Shown here one piece after another: positions 12,542 through 25,436 of a DNA stretch of 64,000 nucleotides. The notes beneath the pieces are model-generated. The model had not been told where the DNA came from. It saw only the letters and a program-made list of their open reading frames with translations, and did no database searches. The position numbers and the translations under genes are program-made. Numbering within the stretch: position 1 is the first letter of the stretch; each line of letters opens with the position of its first letter. The stretch comes from Azolla caroliniana (lineage: Eukaryota; Plantae; Polypodiophyta): NCBI GenBank assembly GCA_043228905.1, contig JBHGNT010000003.1, positions 24,180,001 to 24,244,000 on the forward strand, written 5' to 3'.

Positions 12542-14733
12542 ATGGAGACCTTGAAGCTCGTGTCTATGCAAGGTGGGGATGCAGATGAAAGTTATGCTCA
12601 AAACTCAGAGCCACAAAATTACAGTTTTCATGCTTTTGCGAAGACTCATCTTGAAAATGCCATCCACTTATACAAGAAAAATAATGGCACCTGGAATATC
12701 GATAAGCATAATCAAGATATAATTGAACTCAGTCATCCAAGATTGATTCGAATTGCAGACTATGGATGCTGCTATGGGAAGAACACTCTAGATTATGCAC
12801 AATTTATAGTTACTAAAATCTTGGAGATAGATGGAGATGACAACCAATTAAAACAAGAAAGAACCGAATCTCAACCAGAGTTAGGCTATGAGTTCCAGTA
12901 CTTCTTCGTTGATCTTCCATCAAATGACTTCAACAGCCTATTCCATATGCTACATAGTTCAGACCTTGCAATATTATTCAGAAGGTTGAAATTCTATACC
13001 GCGGGTGTACCTGGATCTTTCTATGATTGTGTTTTACCTAAGGGGAGTGTGGATTTTGGTATTACCACGTATTCATTACACTGGCTTTCTCAGGTTTGAT
13101 ACTGCTGTTATTCATTGGTTTTACGTTAAAATTTTCAAATATTGTAACACATCTTTTGTCATGTTCAGTATTACAGTAGTCTCAATCTATGTTTTAAGTT
13201 TAGGAATCACCACATATTCAGTACAATGGTTCTTTCAGGTTTGATATATCATGCTTAGTGCCACGTCCTACTGAATTTTTATAGCATTATGTTAGAACTT
13301 TAAGAAACTTTTGTAATATATCGTCAATACAGTGTGCTGGAATTTAGTTGAAACTTGCAAGAATCAAGATTAATATATTATAGTCTCAACATATATTTCA
13401 TGTTTTGACAGATGATCAGCATTTGTTTAATTATGAAATGTTATTATGGTAATATAGTGTGCCAACTTTAAGTGAATAACCAATCACAATTCTCTCTTTC
13501 TTATGCATTCTCTTGTAATCCATTATATTTCTTAAAGCTTGGAATTTTCATGAATACTAAAGATTCTAAGAGCATATTGCCATTATGTGTACAGTGGAAC
13601 CATTTAGTTGAATCCTTTTTCCCCAAATTCAACTTTTCTTATGTGAGATGATGCTACTAAATATAATTGGACGCCACATCTGACATTCTTGTCAGCTGTT
13701 GCTATTTCTTGGTGCAGATAAGGAATTGTTACATATACTGGTATCAGGAAAGTATTGTTTTTTGTCAAGCATTAAGCTTTTTTTTTCTCTTTGGTGATTT
13801 AGGTTCCCTCTGTGCTTCTAGACAAAGATTCTCCTGCTTGGAATGGAGGCCATGTATGGATTCCGACAGATGGTGGCGGAGCAGTGTCAGAAGCATATTC
13901 AAAGCAATTCCACGAGGATGTAAGAAAGTTTCTGAGGTGCAGAGCTGGGGAGCTGAGAAGCAATGGGGTGTTGTTTATACTATCATTATGTCGAGCATAT
14001 GAAACAACTCCAGCAGACTATGCACCTCGTTTCGACTCATGGAGTGGCTACTTTGAACAGACATGGAACGAACTTGTTGAAGAGGTAAGTTTAATCATCG
14101 TTAGTGCAGTTCAAAGTCCAAGCCAAAGTTTCTAAGCAGGTAAGAAATAAGGAATGTCACGACCTTCCTAAATTTAAATAATTGTCTAAATTTCTACAAA
14201 TGTTAAATGAGACTACTAATCTATGAAATTTGTGTACATATCAAGGATTCTCAAGTTTTGATAATGATTTGATTGGTATTTCAAAAATTTAGCATTCTGT
14301 TCCCAACAAAAGCATTGCATTGGGTTGATGATGAATAATTTGATTGGTGTTCATGTATACATTGATATAGGGCATTATATGCGCTTCAGAACGGGATGCG
14401 TTCAACGTGCCACAATATAACTTCTCTAAGGGTGAATTCAAGGAGGCATTGCTAAGTGTTGTCGAGTTAGAGTTGTTGGAGCTTCATGTACTTGAGAATT
14501 GTGATTGTCTCCCTAAACAGAAAATGAATGATTTGCTATCTGATCCTTCTTCTTTTGGAGAGTTTTGGACTTCTTTTCTTCGAAGCCTCATTGAGCCTCT
14601 TGTTGATTCTCACATTGGTAAGGCTCGAGGATCTCAATTCTTTGACCGATTGCAAGTCATAGCTACAAAGAATGCTCACTTCACTAAAAACCTTGGATCT
14701 GACCTCCTGATTGCCGTTATCCGAAGGAAGTAG
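12542..14733 (+). CDS. SABATH-family SAM-dependent carboxyl methyltransferase, copy B; 3 exons (12542-13093, 13803-14084, 14371-14733), about 398 aa
   Basis: MQGGDADESYAQNS, RIADYGCCYGKNT, DLPSNDFNSLF, VPGSFY, SLHWLSQVP, WNGGHVW, FLRCRAGEL, FNVPQY. Canonical GT-AG phase-0 introns; spliced frame is open. Confidence 0.93.
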
Positions 14734-15498
14734 TTTAGTTCCTTTTACTTGAATCAAAGCAGCTTTGTGTGTGAAGCCACATGAGATTATTATAAAGAAT
14801 TTCCAATCTTGCAGGGTCGATATCTTGATTGCTATTCTCCTAAGTAGTTAGCGACTTTATTTTGTACATAGAAATTAGGTTGGAGTTTCAACTTTGATAA
14901 TTGGGCATTGATGCTAGAAGTCTTGATTCTGATCTCTTGGTTGCCATTATCGGACCTGAATAAATAGCTCCTTTTGTAATGGAAATAACTCCGAGTCTGA
15001 AGCCCCTCGTGAGAACTTGGGCTCATTTTTTAATCAAAGTAGCTTCGAGTTTGAAACACCTCGAAGATTACAAACAATTTCCAATTGCTTTAAGGTGCTC
15101 TTGATTGTTATTCTCCAAACGAATATCTCGTTGAGTTTGTACATTGTCATAACTAGGTGTAACTTGTAAGTAACGCATTAGAAGCTTGATTTTTAGCAAG
15201 GTTGCTGCATTTTTTAGAGAGGCTTGATCTTAAGTAAGTTATCAATTAGAAGCTTTTCTTTTGCTCTTGTGATGGATCATTCTCGCAAGGAAGTAATTGG
15301 GTGCTTTTTTTTTGTGCATGACTGTGATTTGTATTAGCTTTCGAGTGGCTTTTTTAAACCAATTTATTTGAAAACTTCGCAAACCATTCTTCTATATCAA
15401 TATCCCAATGATATCTACTATGCTAAGGTCGTGATCTATATAATTCTATATACACAAGTCATGTTGACTAAGTTGTGAATTCACAACTTATTCTTGTT

Positions 15499-15501
<3 letters not shown>

Positions 15502-15570
<69 letters not shown>
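15502..15570. repeat. (GT)n microsatellite
   Basis: Uninterrupted GT run. Confidence 0.98.
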
Positions 15571-15573
<3 letters not shown>

Positions 15574-17947
15574 TGCAATGGCGAACATGTGTTTGCAAAT
15601 CAACAAAAGAATATGTTTGATTCACTTCATGACGTTTCAAACCATAAACAATGGTGAGACATTTGATAATGACAATAATAAATTTGGGTCAATCATGAGA
15701 TGGACAAGTATGTGAAAAGGCAAATATAAGACATGCAAAGAACTTTACATCAAGGAAATTAAATAATATCGTGAATGTAGAATTAAGACAACCCATAGGG
15801 GTCCAGGGGAAACCAGCCATGTAAAAGGAACATTGAGAGAAAGCAGTTAGTTTTGAGATCAAGTATCTATAGAAATCAAGCTAATATTGACGAACAAATG
15901 GAGAAGGGATAAATAAACACTACAATAGGTTATTGGATAATTATTGCATAAACATGAACTTCCCTCTATGTGATGCTTTGTAATTTTACAAAAGAGGGTA
16001 AGGATACGTGATGGTTAGTTACATGAGTATGGGTACAACACGCTACAAATTTAGGTTTCTTCTTTCATGAATGAGTAACAACATTAATGGTTTAATGCAA
16101 TGAGGTTTCTTCTTTCATTTAGGCATAAATCAGGCCATCACTTAGCTCCCTCTCAATAAGATTATTATTATTATTATTATTAAAGCATATCTACACAAAA
16201 GTGCAAGAAAATGTGGAAGCTATTAGAATTAGAGATATTGTGACATGGAAGCATGGTTTATTATTGTTGTGTAGGATAAGGTTTGTGGACAATTTGATTT
16301 TATGGACCCACCATTGCCAGCAATTTTGGAAAGGGCACTTACATTCAACGATATCCACAAGATGAATTATAATGTTTCAGCTTTCCCCTTTACAAATGTC
16401 ATTTATATGTATGAGTTCATAGAAAGATTGTAGCCCTCATAGTAGGCAAGGCTCTTACATAACCACAAATCTTTCCATGAACTTTAATGTGTGAAAAAGG
16501 ACTTCATTTGTTCCACCTGTATTTTGTTGGGAGTCCCGTATCGTAAGTTTGACTAGGGTTGTGTGGTGCTTATGCCACATTACATATTTGCAACCATATC
16601 AGCATATTATTTGCATTCCGTTTGCTCCACGAATGCATGCACATTGCTTCATCCTCCATCATGTAGCTTGCATTGTCGTAATTGACATTATCAAGACTCA
16701 ATATCTTGATGTAATGTAGTATTTATTTGATATGGTAAATTGTGATTGAAGTGAAAAACTATAAACCCCATCGAAGGCTTGTAATCTTTTTTAAGTTCAA
16801 ACATGTAAACATTAAAATATTAAAAGGTTTTTCTTCATAGCTCTCACGACCGCATGTATATTGTAAGCGACCAAGTGATGTGTTCACACCTAATATAAAT
16901 TCTCTATCACTACCACATAGATTATTCAAAATACATATATCTAGCAATATCATTTGTCCATAAGATTATTGCACATGAAAATATGTACATGGAAAAAGTT
17001 AGGGCTTGTCTTCATTTTGAACCAAGTTTTTAACGCGCCTTATCTTGGACGAAGTTTGAAGTGTGTGCCCTTTGAACAATACAAATGAAAACTCCAACAA
17101 TGCTTAAGGAAAAATAATGAAGAACGTGTTATGATCAATTGAGAGACGAGCCAATGCTTGAAGAGTATCAATCGAGTGTGTGGGATGAAGTTGAAAGAAA
17201 TGTTATTCAGCATGCAAGAGTATAGTAGTTTATTCCTTTGGGAACTCTAGATTGAGAAGTTTGTGGAGCCTAATAGCCTATGAAAAAACATCAAAATACC
17301 CATAATTTCACATGTGAGAAATGTAGAAATTTGTATTATTCTCTTTGGTCTCTTCTTACCTTTCTCCGATTTCTATGAGCTCTATCTACACAAACAACAA
17401 ATCGAACAGATTTGTTCACCTCTTCAACCAAAACACTTGTAACACCACCCTAAGGTGGAACTTGTGGGGTCAGGTTCGAGACTTCTAATCGCAAAGCATT
17501 TCAAAACCGGCCACACAATCCACGACATTCACAAATTAGAGGCAATGCATTATGCACGTATTATGCCCCTTAAACTCTTGTTATGCTAATATGTAAAGAG
17601 AACCAAAGACAAACAAGGGGAAAGAAAAAAAGATAGTCCATAATTGCAAAACACTTTAGAGAAACCTAGTTTTGTCTATATTATAAATATATAAATCTAA
17701 ATAAATAAACTATGTGTATGTATTGATAAATTGCCTATATCAAGCTCAAATGAATAGGTCATGAAATTGGATCCAATTTGAGCCTCCATTCATCCCACCC
17801 ATATTACACTTGAAAATATGAAGAATTTCCATGAGATCTCAAGGAATTGAAGCTCAATTCAATTCAGCAACCCAAATAATTGAGAATTTGTCCACAATTT
17901 GAGATCCAAATACTCTAGTTGTGGCTTGAGCTCAAACAGTTCTCATC

Positions 17948-19540
17948 ATGAGACCAAGAGAATCTCTTCTTTCTCACCCAACCAGCACCAAGCACAGAGA
18001 TCATGCCCAAAAGCCTAGCTTATTTGCAGTTGAGAGCTTATTGTATTCAAGTGATGATGAAGATGTGAACATATTCTTTGGAGTAAAGGAAAAGAAGAAG
18101 ATCTCTACAATTGAAGCTCCTCCTCAACACACTCCACTAGTAGCAGAGAAGAAGAGGTTTAATAGTAGCAATGCTAGGATGATAGTGCTGGAAAACTTTG
18201 GCTCGACCAAAAGGTATTAGCAACAAAACACCTCTTCATCTAAACTTAGTTGAAGTTATTAGTTTCAAGCCCCAGTTGTTTCATTCTAAACTTTGTTATT
18301 ACACCTTCATCTAAGTATTTAGTAATCCAAGCTTTCTTATTACACATCCCTCTAAACTTTGCTCATATGAAACAGTTTTTTTAGACCCATTTAGAGTATA
18401 ATTCAGTAGATCAGTGTCACTCTAAATAAATTTACCATATATTGATTCAATCGATCGTTTATTAATTTGATCCTTTATCTCTTTATTATCCTTTGGGCGA
18501 AGGCATGTGAACTTTTATATAATATTGTTTATCTTGTAGAATAGAATGTCCAATGTGATGATCTCAACCATTTACTAACTTGTGTAATTGGATTTCTAAT
18601 CCACATTGATTGATTTGTTCCTCTTTCACTTTCTCCAGTCCTTCATTTCATCTTAGTTTTATAAAAACACCTCAGAATTTTCAAGGTTGTCTTTAGAATA
18701 ATGTTCAGCACAAATTGCTCTAAAGTCAGTTTCTTTGGGAACATTGTAGTGAGATGCCGCGAAGTGTTTCGTACTGCATCGGACACAAAGACCCAATGCT
18801 AAGGGAGCAGCATACACATGCAGATGCAGACAATCACATGGGAATGCACCGGTCTCTCACCGATGATGACTTCTTCGAGCTCAAGGGTTGCATTGATCTA
18901 GGATTTAGGTTTGATGAGGCGTCAATCCCACAACTTTCGCACATCTTGCCCGCATTGGAGGTTTGCTCTGCTATCACCCAGAACTTTCATGAACACCCCA
19001 TCACAATCTCACCTCCACCCTGGAAGGTCACCAACCCAGGTATATTTGGTTGGATTTTGAATTTTGAATAGTTAGTATAGTACTTGAAATATTGAAACTT
19101 GTGATTCATTTTTGCCACATTTTAGGTTGATTAAATTATTTCAAATTAAGATGGGATTCATGATGTAGAGATAAGAATGGCGCTACCCTCTATTCACTTT
19201 GTTATGTGTATACATGTTACTACACTACTAGGAGTTCAGTAATGATAGAGTAAGGCCTCAACTGCAACCTAATCTTGAGTTACAAAACAAACTAAGTATA
19301 GCATGTGTTTCATTTACATTTAACTTGGACTCTTCACAAATATTGAAGTAACAATAAGGTGTACTGGTAAAAAAAACCCATTGTGATATTTTGGCGCTAT
19401 GATGATAACATATTTTCATCTTTTATGTGCAATAACATAGTTTTGTTGCTCTTGATGTAGGTGATAGCCCTGAAGATGTTAAGGAAAGATTAAGGCATTG
19501 GGCTCAAGCAGTGGCATGCAACTTACGACTTTGCCATTAA
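17948..19540 (+). CDS. DUF1685 family protein; 3 exons (17948-18213, 18750-19039, 19461-19540), about 211 aa
   Basis: RSLTDDDFFELKGCIDLGFRF...LPALE and WKVTNPGDSPEDVKERLRHWAQAVAC match the plant DUF1685 pattern. Splice phases join in frame. Confidence 0.88.
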
Positions 19541-20597
19541 GAATGAAATCAGCTCTTCAATTCCGCATATGCACTTTATGAGAAACTGTTTTCCTATTAA
19601 CTGCAAACCACTACTAGGCAAGACAGAAATTTTATTTATTTATTTTTTACAAAAACAAGACAACAAATATTTTGACCACATATATTGCAATACTATTGTT
19701 ACATGCTGCATGTATTCTAAACATTGTCACGCTGACCCATGTAGCTCATCGTGTGTAGAGATAGACATATTTCTGTAGGGGTGAAACTCTATACAGACCT
19801 TTCTATCTCTATTTTTTCTATTCACAATGACAGTAAACTTTAATACAATTGGCCCTGAGCAAATCCATCCTGTTAGATCGAGCATCTTATACGAGGATAC
19901 CAATCAGATGAGGAATAATCCATCTGTAGTAAGATGAGGATATTCTTCTACCTATACTTAGTTCAGTTCATGATGACCTTCGATGATTTTTGGAATGACA
20001 ACGCTCTGGCAGTTAAATTTGAAGTTCACTTTGTGTTTGAAGGGCCTGTTTTGGGCTCCCCAAAATCCAGGAGGTTGGAACTCAAAAGAAATGCCCAATG
20101 TAACAAAACCTATATATATAATAGTAATGTTGTATGTAGATCATTTCAAGTAATTAGAGAATTCCAAGGTCGAATTTGAGGCTTAAGACTTTATCAAATT
20201 TTTAAAGCCTGATGAAAATCTTACGAGCATCTTATAACAGAATAACTAGAGAACTTCAAGGGACAGCATTGAAATTCGAAACCTTATCAAATTTTTAAAG
20301 CGTGATGTAATTATCTGAGCATACGTGTACTAATACCTTCTGATATTATGTTTTTACAAATATTGTATGGGCACATGGACATAGATCATTGATTCATTTC
20401 CACTTGAACCATGCAAGTTAACTCGTGCATTGTCACAAACTTATGTTCTTACGAATCTGGCGGGCACATTAACACCTCATTTTCCGTTTGATTTTCACAT
20501 GAATGTGCCCTTTACTCCATGCCCTCGACTTACATCCTTAGGACTGGCATGGACACATGGATCATTGATCATTTCTCTATGCACCATGGCTCAGGGA

Positions 20598-23189
20598 CTA
20601 AAAATCTTGAACTTTACAATTGGTATTATCTTGTCTACCATTAGAAGCATAGATGTTACTCATATACACAAAAGCTCTAGCATTGTGTTCATCCAATTCG
20701 ATAGCATGCTCAAAGGCTAATTTACCAAGTGATACATTTCCCCATTTTTGGCACGCCCCTAGCAAAATAAGCCACACTCTAACATCATCATCAAAGGGCA
20801 TACCTTCTATCATTGCTAGTGATTTCTCTAATTGACCTGCCCTACCAAAGAGATCTACGATACAACTACATTGTTCCAATGTCGGTGTGATCCCATAGCT
20901 TTTATCCACCATCCAAAAGTATAGTGATTCTCCTTTCTCAAGTAGGCCTTTATGACTACATGCATTGAGAAGCAGTGTGAAAGCCACAGCATCTGGTGCT
21001 TGACCTTCTTTTGTCAAATCTCGGAATGATTTGAAAACCATTTCTTCCTCTCCCAATTGTGCATACCCCCCCATTAGTGAAGTCCATGAAACTTGATCTC
21101 TACAGGAAAGATTTTCAAACACAATTTGTGCTTCATCAAGAGCACCACAGTTGGCATACATATCTACCAGAGCATTTCCAATGAGAATACCCTCAATTGC
21201 CAATCCTTCTTTCACGATTTTGATATGTACCTCTTGGCCTTTTACAATAGTTCCTAGGTTCCCACATGTTTTTAAGACACAGAGGAAAGTAATCATGTTC
21301 GGACATATGCCCTCACGTTGCATTTGCTCAAAACAGTTCAATACTTCTTTACAATATCCATATTGAGCATTTCTTGCAATCAACACATTCCATGAGAATG
21401 CATTTTGAACTGGGATCTTGTTGAAAACCTCATAAGCTTTTGTAAAAGCGCCACATTTTGCATACATATCTACTAATGCAGTTGCAATAATATCGTTTTT
21501 AGTCATCAATCCTTGTCGAGCAATTTCAAAGTGTATTTCTTGACCTTTCTCGATGGATTCCATGCTTCCACAAGCTTTGAGAATACACACAAAGGTAATT
21601 GCATCCGGAAAGAGGCCTCCAGATTGCATTCGATGAAAACAATTCCATGCCTGTTCATAGCACCCATATTGAACATACCCTGAAATTAGGACATTCCAAG
21701 AGGTTACATTCGAGGTTTGAAGATCATCAAATACTTCTTGTGCTTTCATTAATTCACCACATCTGGCATACATATCAACCAGTGAAGTGCCAATCACAAT
21801 GTTTCCTTTGCAAAACTCGTTGTTCACAATCTCAGCATGTATTTCTTGACCTTTCTCTATGTCTCCCACAGTACCACATGCTTTTAAGCTACAAACAAAG
21901 GTAATCACGTCTGGAGAGAAGCCACCCAGTCGCATTTGTTCCAAACAGTTCAATACATCCTCACTTTGCCCATGCTGCTCATATCCTGCTATAAGTGCAT
22001 TCCATGTGACTATGTTTCTGGTTTGAATCTCATCAAAGACTTCTTGTGCTTTTGCAAGAGATCCACACTTGCAATACATATCCACTAATGCATTTCCGAT
22101 AACTACATCTTTCATCAATAGACCACCTATCTGAACATGCATTTCTCGGCCCCTAGTCAACTCTTGTATGCTAACACAAGCTCTCAACATACAAAGGAAT
22201 GTAATGGAATTCGGAGAGAAACCCTCTGATTTCATTGCTTCGAAGCATTTCATTGCTTCGTCACCATGCCCTTGCTGGCAAAAACCCCAAATTAGAGCAT
22301 TATAAGAAACCACGTCCCGGAAAGGAAGAGTTTCGAACACACCGCGAGCCTTTGCTGGAGCACCACATTTAGCATACATATCTACCAAGGCATTCCCAAT
22401 TAGGCAATCTTTGCCTAGCATAGAGTTTTCAACAATCCGAGCATGTATTTCTTGACCCTTCTCTAAGGCTCCTATGCTCCCACAAGCTTTCAAAATACAT
22501 GTGATTGTGAATTCATCAGGAAGAAAGCTCCGAGCTTTCATACATTCTAAAGAACTCAATGCAAACTCATTGCAACCATGGTGTGCATATCCTGAGATTA
22601 ATACATTCCATGAAACTAGAGTATACATGGAAAGTCTGTTGAACGCTTCTTCAGATCTTGAAAGTAAACCACACTTTCCATACATATCCACTAACCCACT
22701 ACCAATAAACTCATTTGTTTCAAGCAATTTATCTCCAACAATATGTGCATGAATCATTTGGCCCTTGGGTAAATATTCAATTTTGCCACAAGCCTTCAAC
22801 ATGCAAACCAATGTTCTTGAATTTGGTATGAAGCCATGGAGTTTCAATCTTTCTAAACATCTGGAAGCTTCATAAAAATCACCACATTGAGCATATCCCG
22901 AAATCAGAGCATTCCATGAGACCATATCGTGAAAAGGGAGATCATCAAACACTGCTTGTGCCTTAAGAACCGTTCCACATTTAGCATACATATTGACCAA
23001 TGTATTGTTAACAAATACATTGTCTTGAAGCAACACATTTTTTATGATATTGTTGTGTACTTGGATACCTTTGTATAAATCTTTGCTCTTTGCACATTCC
23101 TTTAGCAATGCGATGACAGTATCAGGGGAATCATCTTGGTTACTCTCACAGAGGTTTCCTTTATGTGGAATTCCATTAAGTTTCCTCAT
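20598..23189 (-). CDS. PLS-class pentatricopeptide repeat protein with E domain, no DYW domain (putative organellar RNA-editing factor), 863 aa
   Basis: Repeated P-L-S triplets (SWNALISGYAQ, TFVCILKACG, GNALVDMYAKCG). E-region VDLFGRAG...VWLILLGAC...FVYMSNIY. No HSE/CxxC/DYW. Confidence 0.95.
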   Translation of the reverse strand: MRKLNGIPHKGNLCESNQDDSPDTVIALLKECAKSKDLYKGIQVHNNIIKNVLLQDNVFVNNTLVNMYAKCGTVLKAQAVFDDLPFHDMVSWNALISGYAQCGDFYEASRCLERLKLHGFIPNSRTLVCMLKACGKIEYLPKGQMIHAHIVGDKLLETNEFIGSGLVDMYGKCGLLSRSEEAFNRLSMYTLVSWNVLISGYAHHGCNEFALSSLECMKARSFLPDEFTITCILKACGSIGALEKGQEIHARIVENSMLGKDCLIGNALVDMYAKCGAPAKARGVFETLPFRDVVSYNALIWGFCQQGHGDEAMKCFEAMKSEGFSPNSITFLCMLRACVSIQELTRGREMHVQIGGLLMKDVVIGNALVDMYCKCGSLAKAQEVFDEIQTRNIVTWNALIAGYEQHGQSEDVLNCLEQMRLGGFSPDVITFVCSLKACGTVGDIEKGQEIHAEIVNNEFCKGNIVIGTSLVDMYARCGELMKAQEVFDDLQTSNVTSWNVLISGYVQYGCYEQAWNCFHRMQSGGLFPDAITFVCILKACGSMESIEKGQEIHFEIARQGLMTKNDIIATALVDMYAKCGAFTKAYEVFNKIPVQNAFSWNVLIARNAQYGYCKEVLNCFEQMQREGICPNMITFLCVLKTCGNLGTIVKGQEVHIKIVKEGLAIEGILIGNALVDMYANCGALDEAQIVFENLSCRDQVSWTSLMGGYAQLGEEEMVFKSFRDLTKEGQAPDAVAFTLLLNACSHKGLLEKGESLYFWMVDKSYGITPTLEQCSCIVDLFGRAGQLEKSLAMIEGMPFDDDVRVWLILLGACQKWGNVSLGKLAFEHAIELDEHNARAFVYMSNIYASNGRQDNTNCKVQDF

Positions 23190-23604
23190 GTCATGATGTT
23201 TGCATCATTTGAATTGGAGGATTCCTTTGCTACAAAAGTTCCTTGTTGAACCCAGTGTTAAGGCAATGCACGTGTTGAATTTCCAGCTCACGCAATAATG
23301 TGAGCAACACACTTCTAAGAGACTCCAACAACTTGGTCACAAAATATAATACAGTAGCATCGATTCTTCTTTCAGATGCATTCATTAGATGACAATGCTG
23401 AAATTGGTAAAAGATGCCAAAGAATATGGCATGGGTGATCTTAATAGTGTATTAGGTTTTTGTTCTATATGCTTAGAAATCATTCCGCAGATGTAACTAT
23501 GAGTTTTTCTCTCTTTTTTCCTCCCTTCCTTTCTTTTTTTAAAAATGTTTGGAATAATTATCGTAACCTTTGCCAAGCACATGTACAAGTACCAATCCAT
23601 AACT

Positions 23605-23979
23605 GGCAACCTATGGGACATTCCATTTTATCCCAATGAGGGGACGAATGCTATTCGCCCTAAGAGGAAATTCCTTTGTTCCCATGGGCCATTCTTTTTG
23701 CCCCATGAAACAATTCCTTCTGTCTGAGGGGACGATCCGTTTGCTCACGGAGACAAATCCTTTCATCCGAGGAGAAGATGACTCCTTTTGTTCCTGATGA
23801 GGGACAATTTCCTTCATCCGAGGCGATTCACTGGTCCCACAAAACGATTCCTTTCGTCCAAGGAGACAGATTCTCTTGCCCTCGGAGAGGATTCTCATAC
23901 TGTGCAGGAGGAATTCAGTTGTCCCTGGTAGTTTACAAGCTGCTTTACAATCATATACAGCAGGGAGATTGAAACCCTG
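23605..23979. mobile_element. Probable MITE-like remnant with GGGAC/TTCC subterminal motifs
   Basis: Recurrent gagggac.a.t.c and ttcatccgagg motifs. Right end reads CAGGGTTTCAATCTCCCTG on the minus strand. No matching left end found. Confidence 0.35.
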
Positions 23980-24817
23980 TTCCAAACAATATGGACTGTG
24001 TCTTTTTCCCTCTCTATTGCTCTTGTTTCTGTCTTATTTGATGAAGAGTTTGACTATGTGTACCCTAAGACCATTCTCACATTTAAAATATAATGAAAGC
24101 TAATGAATGTCTACTTGAGATTCATCCCTTCAATAAATGACCTTATATCTCATGCTTCATGGTACCCTTTTTTGTTTGATTACTAAAATTAACTATTATT
24201 CGTTATAGTTGTGGCTGCATTAGAGCCAATAATACCCCACCTCTTAAAGAAGATTAATCATCAAAACAGAAACTAGGACAATGTTCCTTGAGAATTTATC
24301 TCATTTGCTTCCCTCATCGTGATTGTTGCTTACTTGATCAAATTGTAGCAAGTGATATAACCTTAAGTTCTTCCATTCACCAATCCCACGATCTTTTTGT
24401 GTCATGAGTGGCCTTTCAGGGGGTTTATGTAGTAAGCCACTAATCATATTTGGCGATCCAATATATTGTAGTGTGCATGTGTTCCTTTGTGCCACCCTTT
24501 TAGCACACCCTTTTTAGGATGCATGTGTGATGTACCTAAGCCGACCCACCCTTTTAACACACCCTTTTTAGCTAAGCCAACCCAAATATGTACCTTTGTA
24601 TCAACTATAAATTGAGTAAGAAGTGCAAAGTTAAGTAGGCTGGTTTTGATCTCTTATGTGCATTTCACAATATTCTTAGTACATCCAAAAAAACCTTCAT
24701 AATCTTAACGTTGAGGTGTTGATGACAACATTATTTGTTTCCTCCTATAGAAATGGTTGTTTACAATGATGACTTCATCAACTCACTATTAACAAAGCAA
24801 AGAGTGATGATACAACA

Positions 24818-25436
24818 TTTTTTTATTTTTTTATTTTTTTTTTTCCAAAAAAAGATACTACATTAGTATTAGAAAACCGCCATAAGACTAAACATACAAG
24901 CTATACCGATCCCCTATATTTTTCTAAAGTCTAACCATTGGCTTGAATAAACACTTTGGTGTTGAGTAGAACCACTCCACCTTACCAAAATACCGTCTAT
25001 AAAATATACCTATGTCCCAAATGGCATGAAACTCCACCCGCCTAAGCTCCGCTTGATGCGTATTACCTTTTATACCATCCAAAATCCCTCTAAGATTATG
25101 TACAATCTCTATCCAAATTCCGGAGATTATTTGAGCAGGTCTTTCAATCATATTTTGAAATACCTTCAAACATCGAGCCTTCCAAATATACCAAATTGTA
25201 ATACTGCTTACCAATTGCCATATTTGAGGTTTATCAGTTTGTATTTGTGGATTCGGAGGGATCAAAATTTTTTCCATCATACCATGCCTCACCATAATAG
25301 CATCCGCAACCTCCTCATGTTCATGATAAACCGAGTGATGATACAACATTGTCCTTTGAAAGTTAGAGTTAGGCACATGTAGTGAGTTATGACCAAGATT
25401 CGGGAAAGAAACTACTTGGATTCCCAACAACGACAA
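24818..25436 (-). mobile_element. 5'-truncated L1-like LINE 3' end with poly(A) tail
   Basis: ORF with IWYIWKARCLKVFQ (post-RT region typical of plant L1). T-rich tract at ~24818-24844 is an A-tail on the minus strand. Confidence 0.8.

Noticed and set aside
20300-20597. Frameshifted DYW domain after the PPR stop
   Set aside because: No PGxSW, HSE, CxxC or DYW remnant could be read; only short local duplications are present.
20653-22752. Plus-strand ORFs within the PPR gene
   Set aside because: Antisense shadows of the PPR CDS.
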